Source: Ginglymostoma cirratum
Lineage: Eukaryota
Direction of reading: 5' to 3'
DNA length: 64,000 nt
Assembly: GCA_024137785.1 (NCBI GenBank)
Contig: JAHRHZ010000140.1
Location: 31,684,071-31,748,070, forward strand
Shown one piece after another: positions 11,290 to 23,260 of this stretch (its first letter is position 1; every line of letters begins with the position of its first letter). The translations under genes were made by a program, and so were the position numbers. Below the pieces are notes generated by a model. It searched no databases. It had not been told where the DNA came from and saw only the letters and a list, made by a program, of their open reading frames with translations.

Positions 11290-12560
11290 AAAAACATCGT
11301 GGCTGATCAGATTTTAACCTCAACCCTACATTCCTGCATACTCCCAATCATCAAGAATATATCTACCTCAGCCTTAAAACTATTTAAAGATTCTGCATCA
11401 ACTGCATTTTGAAGAAGGGAATTCAAAAGACTCTCACCTCTGTGAAAGAAAAAGATTTTCTCATTTCTGTCTTAATGAGTGACCCTTTATTTTGAACATA
11501 TGACCCCTAGTTCTAGATTCTCCCTCAAGAGGAAACATTCTTTTCACATCTACCCGGTCAAGTCCCCTCAAGATCTTATGTTTTAATTATGCAACTCTGA
11601 CTTTTCTAAACACCAGAGGGCACAGGCCTATCCTTTCCTTATAAGGCAGCCTGTTCATTTCAAGTATTAGTGCAGTAAAACTACTCTGAATTGCTTCCAA
11701 CATATTTCCATCCTTCTGAAATAATGTGACCAGTACTATAAACAGTACTGTCAACAATGTGTTGTATAACTGAAGCATATCCTCCCTACTCTTACATTCA
11801 ATGACCCTTGCAATAAAATGTAACATTCTATTAAAGGCAAATTACTGAAGAGATTCTGAAGAAGAGGCATACCAGACTCAAAATGTTAATTGTGTTTCTT
11901 CTGCCACAGATCCTGCCAGACCTGCTGAGCTTTTTCAACATTCTCTGTGTTTGTTTAACATTCTGTTAGCTTTCCTGATTATTTTTTGTACCTGCATACC
12001 TGCCTTCTGTGATTTGTGCACTAGAGCACACAGATCTCTCTGCATTTCAGAGCTGTGCAGCCTCTCACCATTTATATAATACCCTACTTTTTTTTATTCT
12101 TTCTGCCAAAAAGGAAAAGTTTCACACTTTCTCACATTATACTCCATTTGCCAGATATTTGCCCACTCACTTAACCTATCTATATCTATTTGTAGGCTCC
12201 TATGACCGCTCTACAACTCATTCTCCTAGCCATCTTTGTATCTTCAGCACGGTACTTTAAGTTGTCTTATCTGAATCATTTATATAAATTGTAAAAAATT
12301 GAGGCCCCTGCACTGACCTCTTTGGCACAGCACTCGTGGCATCCTACCAGCCTGAAAAAGACCCATTTATTCCTATTATTTGCTCCCTATTAGCCAGCCA
12401 GTCTTCAATCCATGCCAAAATGTCTTCTCCAACACCATGAGCTTTTATTATCTGTCATAACCTTTGATGTGACATTTTATCAAATGCCTTCTAGAATCTA
12501 AGTACACCCATTGGTTTCCCTCTCACCACAGCGCAAATTACTATTCCAAAGAATGCCAAT
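11290..12560 (-). mobile_element. CR1 LINE 3' half, degenerate
   Basis: ORF 11587..11826(-) FIARVIECKSREDMLQLYNTL...LEAIQSSFTALI..M..LPYKER is the CR1 ORF2 C-terminus. RT-region remnants extend to about 12550. Confidence 0.85.
11834..11955 (+). mobile_element. Hammerhead-core mini-element inserted in CR1, 13-bp TSD
   Basis: TSD TAACATTCT(A/G)TTA at 11821-11833 and 11956-11968. Core CTGAAGA-AGAGGC-ATACCA-GACTC-AAAA at 11856-11883. Confidence 0.75.
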
Positions 12561-12779
12561 GAATTAGTTCATACATTTCATGACTACTACTAATTTTGTT
12601 TGGTCTTTTTTTTCAAGCTTTCAGGTTAGGACACCTAAAACAGGTGTTTACCAAAATGAATATGTAAAATAACAGCCTGACATGTATTAAATGATCTGTT
12701 TGACTCATCAATCATTGGAGCCTGTTCGTTTCAGAATTCCGAGTGGTTCCCACCCTCAAACCACCAAACACAAGTAAAT

Positions 12780-14039
12780 TTTTGAAAGTTTATAAGATGA
12801 GGATATCTATTTCTACAACCCTTTCAAGCAGTGAGTTCCAGCCCCTAAATCTCTCGGAGTTAAAAAGGTTCTCTTCAGCTTCCCTTTGTTTTGCTACTAA
12901 TTCCCTCACTTGCTTTGTTATGTTCCCTGGTTATTGATTTTCAAATCATGAAATTGGTGCTGTCTGACCACTCCATCTAGTATCTCATAATTTCATGCAG
13001 CTCAGTTAAAGCAGTACCCAACATCTCTGTTCCAAAGAAAACAATCTCACTTTATCCGATCTTCCCATAATTAAAGTTCCCCATTCTGATGTAATTATAT
13101 TCTTCCTGTAATGTGGTGTGCTGAATTGTCTGCAGTGCTTACCTGTAGCCTAACTAATGTTCTATAAATGTTTTTAAAAGCCCTGGTATTCTTATGTTCT
13201 CTGCATCATCTAACAAAAGAAAGTAGCCCTTCTATTTCTTTTTTTCAATTCTACTTGTCTACTATCCTTTGACCTTTAAGAATCACAAAGTCCTATTCTG
13301 TCTGCATGGTTGTCTGAACATTTTAACTTAACCTCTTGCCTTTTCTCCATAACCCTGCATATTGGTTTTAAATAATCCATCCAGATACTTGTTGAATGTT
13401 TCAAACGAACCTGTCACCACTCCACTTCTGGGTAGAACATTTCATTTCCTAACTAGGCACTCTTTTGTAAAGCAGTTGGAAACTGGGCCCTCTAGTTCTT
13501 GAACCTGTTTACAAGTAGGAAAGTTTCTCTCCATCCACTCTGTCCACATTCCTCGTAATTTTGAATACTTCTATCAAAGCTGCTCTTTGGCATTTGCTTC
13601 CAAGGTAAACAATCCCAATTCTCCAATCTTTCCTCACAAATGAAGTGTCTCATCTCAAACTATGAAATTGAGCCTCTGCACCAAACCTGGATCATTTGTG
13701 TGTCTCAGGAAAAACAAGAGTCTCTATCAACTCCAAACCTCCTTCCAGCCCAGAAAATACCTACTAATCATTGCAATCTGTTCTGTATTAGTCAGCGAAT
13801 TTTGTATCAATATTGCTACTGACCCTTTTGTCTCATGATCTATAACTTTCCTCACAAATCTGTTGTGTGGCAATATGTGAAATGTCTTTGGAAGTCCATT
13901 TAGACTACATCGACTACTCGCCCACCCTCTCCCCTGCCATCAACTCATCTTTGTTACATCTTGAAAACATGCCATCAAGTCAGAGACCCCACTTTGCCTT
14001 ATTTACTCCGTCCAAGTGTGTTACTTCACATTTGTCCCA
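12780..14039 (-). mobile_element. Cluster of old CR1 fragments
   Basis: Recurrent reverse-strand CR1 motifs: ctttcaagcagtgagttccag, ctctgttccaaagaaaacaatc, cccctctagttcttg, gtggcaatatgtgaaatgtctttggaagtcca. Confidence 0.6.
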
Positions 14040-16120
14040 CATAGAGTCATAGAGATGTACAGCATAGAAACAGACCCTTCAGTCCAACTCATCCATGCCG
14101 ACCAGGTATCTTATATAAGTCTAGTTCCATTTGCCAGCATTTGGCCTATATCCCTCTAAACCGTTCCTGTTCTTGTAAATGTTCTGATTGTACCAGCCTC
14201 CACCACTTCCTGTGGCAGCTCATTCTATATACACACCACCCTCTGCATGAAAATGTTGCCTCTTAGGTCCCTGTTATATCTTCCCCTCTCACCTTAAACC
14301 TTTGTCCTCTAGTTTTGTTCTCCCTACCCTGGGGAATGGACCTTGCCTATTTACCCTATCCATGCACCCCATGATTTCATAAGCCTCCATAAGGTCATCC
14401 CTCAGCCTCCAACGCTCCAGGGAAGATAGCCCCAGCCTATTCAGCACCTCCGTATACCTCAAACCCTCGTAACACTGGCAACATTCTCATGAATCTCTTC
14501 TGAGCCCTTCTAGTTTCACAACATCCTTCTTATAGGAGGGAGGCCAGAATTGCACTTAATACTCCAAAAGTGGCTGAACCAATGTCCTGTACAGCCGCAA
14601 CATCAGCTCCCAACTCCTATACTCAAAGCACTGACCAGTAATGGTAAGCATACTGTTATGAAGCGGAGGTTGACCCCCACCCCAGTAACTAAAATCAAAA
14701 CACCCCAAGAGAGGCTTGCCTTGCCTCATCATAATCTGTTAAAAATGTGTGAAAAGTGGTATAGCCTGCCTCTCACCTCCTGATCAGTTTTTAAGGATTG
14801 GTTAAATGAAACAAAATCCTTTCGCTCACTCTATAATCAACAAGTAACAATTTATTCATCTAACAATAACAGCGAACAAATTAAGAGAACTGCTAACAAA
14901 CCAAAAACTCTCCATTAACAACTATCTATGCCTGAATAAAACAAAATTCTAAATACAAGTCCAAATTATATAAACCAAAATAATAAAAAAAAATTGAAAC
15001 TTTATCTCTCGAAATTACAACCAGGACACGTCTTCTGGAGTGCTCTGCACCCTATCTCTGATCTTCAGTCTGGAATGTCTTTCTCTATCAAATTATTTTG
15101 TCAGGAATGCCCCCCTCCATCGAAATCTTGGATCAGGAATATTAGCTAAGTGTGCTGCTATATCTTTAGTTAGATGATTGTTACTCTGAAAGCTTAGAGA
15201 ATTCTGAGCAAGCCAATGATTTTCCTGTTTAGAGCTGATGGGTTGTTGGCTCTATTAGATGGCAGTGACTCTCTCACCAATTTTCAAATGCCCTCTTCTT
15301 TTATAACCTTGACGACCTATTAATTTCTTGCAATAGTATTGATCCCAAGTCGTCAAAACCATCAGATTTAAATTTAACATTTTTTTCAGTTTCTAAGTGC
15401 CTGGTTTAAATTAATTTGCTGACTTTCGAACTGGTTGCCTTAATAACAAAACAAACGACTGCCTGGATGCTGACCACACAGCCTTTTGATTGTGTTTCAA
15501 TTTCAGAATCTCCCTGTGTACCTGCACATTTTTTTTTCCAATCTTCAAGCCTGGAAAAAAATACATCATCTTTTAAAGGCACCTCACATTCTTCTCCTTA
15601 CCATTTTACAAACTTCAAATTCTAACATCCTGCCTTCCAATCCAAAATGCTGTACCCAACTTTGCAACAATGCCACATACCTTCTTCATTATCCTATCCA
15701 CCTGCAATTCTACTTTCAAGGAACTATGAACCTGCACTCCAAAGTCTCGTTGTTCAGCAACACTCCCCAGGACCTTACCAATAAGTGTATACGTCCTGCC
15801 CTGATTTGTCTTTCCAGAATGCACCACCTCACATTTATTTAAATTTCATCTGCCACTCCTCGCTCCATTGGCCCATCTGATCAAGATCCCATTGTACTCT
15901 GAGATAACCTTTTTTGCTGTCCACTGCACCTCCAATTTTAGTGTCATCTGCAAGCTTACTAAACATATCTCCTAATTTCACGTCCAAGTCATTTATATAA
16001 ATTACAAAAAGCGATGGAGCCAGCACCGATCCTTGTGGCACACCACTGGTCACAGGCTTCTGGTCTGTGAAGCAGCCCTCCACCTCCACCCTCTATCTTC
16101 TACCTTTGAGCCAGTTCGGT
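14040..16120 (-). mobile_element. Relatively young, 5'-truncated CR1 LINE split by a solo LTR
   Basis: 3' tail catagagtcatagagatgtacagc at 14040. RT ORF 15835..16089(-) reads PVTSGVPQGSVLAPSLFVIYINDLD...SKLADDTKIGG...WQMKFK. The sequence resumes seamlessly across 14654-15669. Confidence 0.92.
14654..15669. mobile_element. Solo LTR (1016 bp, TG...CA) with 4-bp TSD
   Basis: Starts TGTTATGAAG and ends CTTTGCAACA (imperfect terminal inverted repeat). Flanks are ATAC (14650-14653) and ATGC (15670-15673). Interrupts the CR1 exactly. Confidence 0.8.
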
Positions 16121-16279
16121 ATGAATTCCATTTGTTATTTACTGCCTTCCTGCCTAGTCCATTGATATTTTCCCACTGTGTACAGGTTTCTTCCTGACTA
16201 TAACCAAGCATTTTAATCATGTCCGTTAGATTTACATCTCTGGTGCTGAAAAGGAAAGGATGGAGGACTGAGCCCTTCT

Positions 16280-16880
16280 ATTCACAGAAATACCCATTGA
16301 CCAATACCATTTTACTTCTTCTCCCACAAACAGTTTTGATCCAATTTATCCTTTTCCCTTGGATCCAATTGGCTTTCACTTTTCTGACCAGATCACCACC
16401 TGAGACCTTGTTAAAAGTCTTGTTAAAATCCATGTAGACTACATCAAATACATTACCTTTAATCAGAACCTCTATCTTATTGCACAAAATCCAGTTTAAT
16501 TAGTCAGAACTGTCTTCCCTTAAATGATAATTAATAATATCCCTCAGAATTTTTCCAGTGATTTGACCAAGTTTGCCCGACTAATCTGTAATTATGCGAC
16601 CTATCCCTTCATTTGTTTTTAAATATCAGTACAATGCTAACCGTTCTGCAGTGTGTGGATTTATCCTGTAGCCATAAATGAACAATGACCAGAGTCTCTC
16701 CTACGCCTATCCTTGCTTCACGTAACAGCCAAGAAAAAATTATTGGGGCCAGAGAGTTTATTTTTTGCAGAGATGCTAAACCATTTAGTATTTACTTTCT
16801 TACTGTGTTTATTCTGTTAAATACATCAAATCTCCTCAATAATTATAAAATCTGCTTTGCATTCTATTTGTGTGAAGAGA
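16280..16880 (-). mobile_element. CR1 RT N-terminal fragment
   Basis: ORF 16278..16487(-) GNVFDVVYMDFNKTFNKVSGGDLVRKVKANWIQG..INWIK...RRSKMVLVNG corresponds to the CR1 motif DVVYLDFSKAFDKVPH. Confidence 0.85.
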
Positions 16881-16888
16881 GAGACAAA

Positions 16889-17106
16889 GGGCTGGATTTT
16901 TGCATTTGGAGTCAGGAAATTTCCCAATGCTGCCATTTTCCCTCTTAGATAGTGCTGGACAGTGAGATTTCCAGACCAATGTCAAGACAGCCTGTGCTAG
17001 CAGAAATGTCAGCCTGGTTCTGGAGATGGAGGCAAATGTTCCAGATCTATTTTAAAAGCCCTCCCGACACACTTTAGCCCTACTTCAGGGCAGGAAATTC
17101 TGGCTC
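16889..17106. mobile_element. Putative Harbinger-type MITE
   Basis: Imperfect terminal inverted repeats GGGCTGGATTTT ... GAAATTCTGGCTC. Confidence 0.4.
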
Positions 17107-17289
17107 AATGTGTTAATTCATGAACTTGTAATCTGCTGACATCATTCCACAATCTGGGGAAATCTAGAAAATTATTGCACCCACATTTTGCATTGGATGC
17201 CAATGACATTTCAAGATGGTGCGCACCCATACCCACACTTTTATGCTAAGCACAAAAATTCCCTCCAAAAACAAGGGTAAATTTTCCAG

Positions 17290-18030
17290 GATTTAAAAGA
17301 TGATTTGTACGCTGATATCTACAGTTCCTTCTCCTGTCGCTGGTTCTAAGGGATCAACATTTACTTTAGCTACTTTCTTACTTTTTATGTACTTGTAGAA
17401 ATTCTAATAACGATCTGATTTTATATTCCTGGCTAGTTTATTCTAACATTCTGTTGTTTTCCTTTCCCTTTATTCTCAAATTTTTTGATGGCCCTTTGCT
17501 GGTTTCTAAAACAGTCCTCATACTCAGACTTCCTATGATCGGAGACAGTACAATGAACATTCACTAGAGTGGTCCAATGGATGAAAGATTGTCCTTTGAT
17601 GAGAGGTTGCAGAAGTTCAAAATGCATTCTCTAGATTTGTGAAGAATGAGAGATGATCTCGCTGAAACATTGAAGATTACAAAGGGCATGACAGAGTAGG
17701 TACTAAGAGGTTTTTTCCTCTGGCAGGGGAATCTGATACAAGGAGGTATAGTTTCAGGATAAACAGCTGATCATTTAGGACTGAGATGAGCGCTTTATTC
17801 ACTTGGGTTATTGGTCTTTGGAATTCTCTATCCCAGCAGTTTGTCAACTGCCATTGTTGAATACTTTTAAGGCTAAGAAAGCCATATGTTTGGTCTCAGG
17901 ATGTTGAGGGATGATGTGAGAAGCAGACAGGAAAATGGAGCCAAAAATACTGATGAGCCATGATAACATCAAATGGTGTGGCAGGCTCAACAGCCTCATG
18001 TCTCCTCCTTTGCTTTTGTTCATATATCTG
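17290..18030. mobile_element. Two CR1 fragments in opposite orientation (17290-17550 on -, 17560-18030 on +)
   Basis: The + part has gaagaatgagagatgatctcgctgaaaca...ctttggaattctctatcccag...gagccatgat (CR1 3' end). The - part resembles the CR1 endonuclease-RT linker. Confidence 0.65.
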
Positions 18031-19149
18031 ACAAACATTTCTTTGTAGTTAGCTGCATGTAATTCACACAACAATCTTACAACATCAGAAGACTGAAGAG
18101 GTGTCTGCATGAGCCAAAAGGTGCAATGTTTTTGTTACAAATTATGCCAAGGACGCAGTGGATAAACTTAACTTTACAGAGGAGAAAACATCAAATACTT
18201 TTCTTTGTCAGATTGATTGGGAGGTCTGTGGTCCTCAAAGGGCAAACTTGAAGTTCAATTAACAAGCTCATTAGAACACTACAAGGGACCTGTAAAAGAA
18301 TCATAAAGGCTCCTGGGGATAAGGGAATGTAGAAATGATTAGTTCAAGGTCATTTTAATGACTGTGATGCAGGTTAACCAAGATATTACTGACAGCGGTT
18401 ACTATACGGAGAGGTTGAAATAATATTATTTCTCTGTAAATTTATCTTGTTTTTGTCTACAGTCCAAAGCTTAATAATCCAGAAATTTGATTGTGCAGTA
18501 CTCATTATAGAGATATAAAACTGTGGTTCAAGTGACCAATCTGGTGGTTGTACCATACTGTGTATATTCTATGCCAAAATATACATGTCTTATCATATTA
18601 GCTCCTCCTCCAGACACCCAGGCCACTCACTGAATGTGTTTAAATGCCCACTAAGGTTCAAATTAAGATCATTTTTTTTAATCAACTGTCCCTCATACCT
18701 GACTCATTAATAAATTAATTCACCAACTTAATGCTCAAACAGGCAGTGAAGGCCTTTAAACACTACTGATTCAAGGGAATATCCTGTACATAAAGTTTAG
18801 TTATTGGTTTGACCCTCTCAGTTCACTATTAGATGCTTTTAGAAGTATTAAATGACTGGTACAAATTACTTTTGACTTTGAGGTTTTTCTGGTCTACTTT
18901 TGTCTGCCCTTATCATGGTTTCACTGCAGGAATAGGTGGACTGGCCCCTGAGCCTGGCAGCTGAAAGTTAGCAACTAAGAAGACAAGAGTGAGCAGGACC
19001 AAGTGGGAGAAAAGGAAGGAAGAAGACTACAAAGGAAACTAAACTACTGTGGAACTTTAGAGAGAGTGCCTGCCTTAGTTTTACGAAGGAGCACTGTATT
19101 AGGCTCTTTCTGTTCGAGAATGAAGCTATCACTAATTTACTATCATAAC

Positions 19150-20250
19150 TCAAGATTTACCCAGGCTATGGACAATGCTGTCCTTTTGCTGGAAATGTCA
19201 CAGATCCATCTACACTGACTTTTGCAACTTGCGGAGATGGTTCACAATGTCAAGTTCCCTCCTCTAGGCTCCCTTCTAGACTATGTGTAGTGCCAGTGTC
19301 TCAATCAGTGCTGGCTAGAGTCCTATCAAGTGACACTGCATCTTTAGGAAGATTTTCCATCCCCTGAAGTGGCAGAAGGATTTCATAACTTTGGATCCTA
19401 GAGCAACCATGTTAACTTTTACTTTAAAGGGAGAAGTGACTGGTTAAAGCAGTTTTAGTTTACAATGCAAAATGAATGTGGTCAAGTAGAAGAATGGAAG
19501 AGGGTTCAGATTTGACAAACTTCTCTGCAACATATTCTCCAATAATGCCAATGACCACAGGCATAAACATCCCACAGTCAATGGAATGGATTTGTAGTTA
19601 GAATTGGTCTTCTCCCATGGTGACTTCAATTACATGTTATGCACAATGTCCTTGCACAAGAAAGGGGTATGATTGTGACCTCATGTGAGGTATTGCAAAA
19701 TGTATACATGCCATGGTTAAATAGTTCACACAGCAAGTACTATGTGAAGTGTAGGGAAATGAGTTTCAATAGTGGTAAGAGTAGGATGTGCAGACCTTAG
19801 GGGTAGGAGGGAAAGGATATCCAGTGAAATGTGGTGTTGTAGTTGTAGGAGAGTGTGGGAATAGTGGAGAATTGTAAATAGTGAGATGGCAGTGATAGTT
19901 ATTGAGATGAGAAGCAAGATTCTTATCCCATGAACTCTGGTAAGATTATTGAACTTCCTTTGGAAATGCAGTTCTGTCCAAGGAAACTGGACTCATAGAA
20001 TTGACCGCTCCCTGCTGATGTAGGAGGAATGCCTGGATGTCTTTTTGATTTGGGAGGGGAGCAGAATCATTCTGTATCCTGCTCACTGCTTGGAGTCCCT
20101 CCAGCCATTTCTCTCCGTCCAGTCATTCCTTGCTATCTGCAACCAAAGTGCATCTCTCCTTTACAATATGCTGGCAGCCTTTAAGTAACTTCAATTAAAT
20201 TCAATTTCCTGCCTCCCTAGTCCACAGCCAATGAGCAACACTCTCTGTAC
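19150..20250 (-). mobile_element. Fossil Harbinger Myb/SANT-gene remnant
   Basis: The minus strand at 19925-20010 reads AVNSMSPV(fs)WTELHFQRKFNNLTRV, similar to the Harbinger Myb motif VNA.S...RT..QC.KKFNDL.R. Confidence 0.5.
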
Positions 20251-21381
20251 TCGGGTATGTGGACAGCAGTTTTTTTTAGCCAGTGGCAATTTGCTGTAAT
20301 CCCAGCAACTACAGGAATGGGTACCTGTCATACAGGTGCCACATCCTAATCCCGTTAAATTTGAACGTGGTCAAATTCATGGTTAATGATAGTACCAGAC
20401 TGAGTGGCCCTTGTTTGAAAATCAGAGTATTTCAGAATGTTGTCTGCGATATAATTGAAAATATGGGGGTTAACTTTCAAAACAATTGAGTCCAGAAAGG
20501 ATTTGTAACTTCAAGCCAGGCCCTTCTTATAAAGTTTACGGACTTCAAATTAATTTCAGCTGGCATGTCGCAGAAATCTGTAGGACGTCAGAAAAAATCT
20601 GTCAGCAGTTGTTTTTATTCCATTGGTCAAGAATGTGTCATAAATAAATAGCTTTGCCTTTCCTATTAACTTTTTAAGATCTTTTGCCTTCCTGGGAGTC
20701 ATAAGCCTGTATGAGAAAAGCCTTCTGTTTTGCTCACCAGGGGTTTGATACACAGGCCAGCCACATGCTGGGCTTGTGGATTAGAAGTGAATTGAAGCAT
20801 CCACCTATATTGCTTGAAACAGTAAATTGTTATTATGTAACACCCCAGTAAACATCCACAAGGTAGACACTGGAAGCTGTATCTTTTTGAGGTCTGCACT
20901 TGCAAGTTGTAAAGAGTGCACACCTGGGCATGAGTCAGAGAATTGGCTGCTGCACTAGATACTCTTAAACAGTTTAAGAGTTGGAAGTCAAGCGCAATTT
21001 TGTGCCTAGATATGGGACGGGAAATTAATTGACGAGTTCTACTAACAAAGACAGACAGAGACTAAGCTTTCAGCCCAAAGCCAACCAAATCTGCAGTGAG
21101 CCTCACTCTATTTAAGTGATAGGAAAATTTAAAAATAAGTACAACTTAATCTATTAAGCAGGACAGCTTTACACAGTTTGTCATTTTATTTATTACAATG
21201 AGGACCTGAAGTTACGTTGAGCTAAGTTGAGTAATGGCAAGGAGGAATTTCCCAGTAATGCACTGGAATGTTGACCTAGATTAAATGTTCAAATCCAAAA
21301 GTGGGATTTCAATACATTATCTTCTTTCCTCAGCATCATGATGTTCTTTGTTCCTGCATTATATTGAACATTCGCTAACCA

Positions 21382-22593
21382 GTTTCGATGACACAGGGAC
21401 ATAACCAGACCAAATCAACCTTTTTACTTCTGTATTTTTAACACGGTAAAAATTTAAAACCTTGAAAGACCCTCAGAATTGACCCCAAAGGTTCATAACC
21501 AGACTTTCGAATAACTAAAAGTATACATAAGCATTCTGCATCCATAGCTGTCTATGGCAAGGAATTCCAAAGATTCTTAACCCTCTGAGGGAAGAAATTC
21601 CTCCTCAGCTTGGTCTTAAGTTGGCACCTCTTTTTATTCTAGACTATGCCCTCTGGTCCTAGACCCTCTCATGAAGGGAACCGTGCTCTCATAATTCACC
21701 CTGTCAAGCCCATTAAGAGTCTTACATGTTTCAAAAATGATCAATTGTATCTACACAGGTTTAGCAATTTATTAACAATATAGTAAGTTTATCAGAGTAA
21801 AATTAAACAACAAAGTAATCTAATTGATCTATCCTTTAAACCCAAAAACCTTTTCACGCAACAGTCGTTCAGACAAACAGACTTAGTTAAGGGATAAGTA
21901 AAAGAAAGCAACAAAACTGGCCCATATTGTATAAGTAGTTTCGATGACAAATTGTTCCACAGGCATAGATAATGGTTCCTTGGTTGATTTTCTGAAGATG
22001 TTGATCAGGATCACTTTTTCAATTCACTCGGATAAAGGCAGTAATATTTATAACTTAGTTTTCTAATCTCTGAACTTCCAAGAGCTGGTAAGGGAAGTTA
22101 GACAGGGAGCTTTCAAATCTTCATGCTGGACCTTAAACAGCCAGATTCCTTTCTTACAAAACACTGTCCAAAACCAAATCCAAATTATAATCACTCCCTG
22201 TCAGACTGACCATCTTCTCTCGGAGGCCCCAGTTACCATTCAATATCTGCCATCTGCTTAAGCATAAGGTCTTTTCCAGATTTGTTTGATTCTATTCCCA
22301 GCTACTGACCTCATTAATAGCCAACTTCTGCTATCTGTTTAGACATAATGCTCCTTGCCGGCCGCAAAGCGTCTTCAGAACCTTTTGATCAGGAACCAAC
22401 CTGCAATTAACTTCCAGACCTGGCCTTATGAAAAAAATAAAAGCTAGTTTCGTTTATTTTCTTTTTGACACAAGTTGTTACCCTTTGTCCAAATGTCATC
22501 TTTAGCTCACAGATCCCAGTTCACAGCTCCAAAACCAATAAACTGATAATTGAATAAAATAAAACGGAATAACAATCAGCCAGCATCATAGCA
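21382..22593. mobile_element. Probable degenerate solo LTR carrying an internal CR1 fragment (21520-21740, -)
   Basis: Organisation resembles 14654-15669 (start ..atgacacaggg, an A-rich caatttatt..aacaa tract, end catcatagca). The CR1 piece is ggcaaggaattccaaagattc...gcccattaagagtc. Confidence 0.45.
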
Positions 22594-22974
22594 ATGTTAC
22601 ATTTCAGTAAATACTGTTTATGTATCATACATGAAATTTTGAAATCGTACCTGGATGTTACCATTGCTTTCGTTCAAATCAGTTACAAGCCTGTACACTT
22701 TTCAAAATTTTGGTGCCTTATACACTGTATGTATAATGAATATAATAGATTAAAGTTTTATTGTCACAGGAATATAGAGCACAATGAAAACTGTACAAAG
22801 TCGCCATTCCCAGTGCCATCTTAGATACAAAATCTTCAGTATAAAGCGAAAAGAAACAAAATAAGTTTAGAAGTTCAAAATTACGGTTGTTCTTAGTATA
22901 AAATAGAAAAAATAAAGAAAATAAAGTTAAAAATTCTGCATTGCAGTCCTTCTTTAGCCACTTGGCATGAATGG

Positions 22975-23260
22975 AAGAGCATAAGAACATGAGAAATAGG
23001 AGCAGGAGCAGGCTATCTGGTCCCTTGAGCCTGTTCGCCATTCAATAAGATCATGGTTGATACTTTTTATGAACTCAGCTCCACTTTCCTGCCCACTCAC
23101 TATAATTTAATTTCTATGCTGTTCAAAAATCTATCTTTGCCTTAAAATCATTCAACAAGGTAGCCCCAGCTACTTCACTGAGCAGGGAATTCCACAGATT
23201 CACAACCCTTTGGAAGAAGTAGTTCCTCCTCAACTCAGTCTTAAATCTGCTCCTCCTCAG
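22975..23260 (-). mobile_element. CR1 LINE 3' end
   Basis: cataagaacatgagaaataggagcaggagcaggc...ttcaataagatcatgg...gggaattccacagattcacaacc. Confidence 0.85.
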
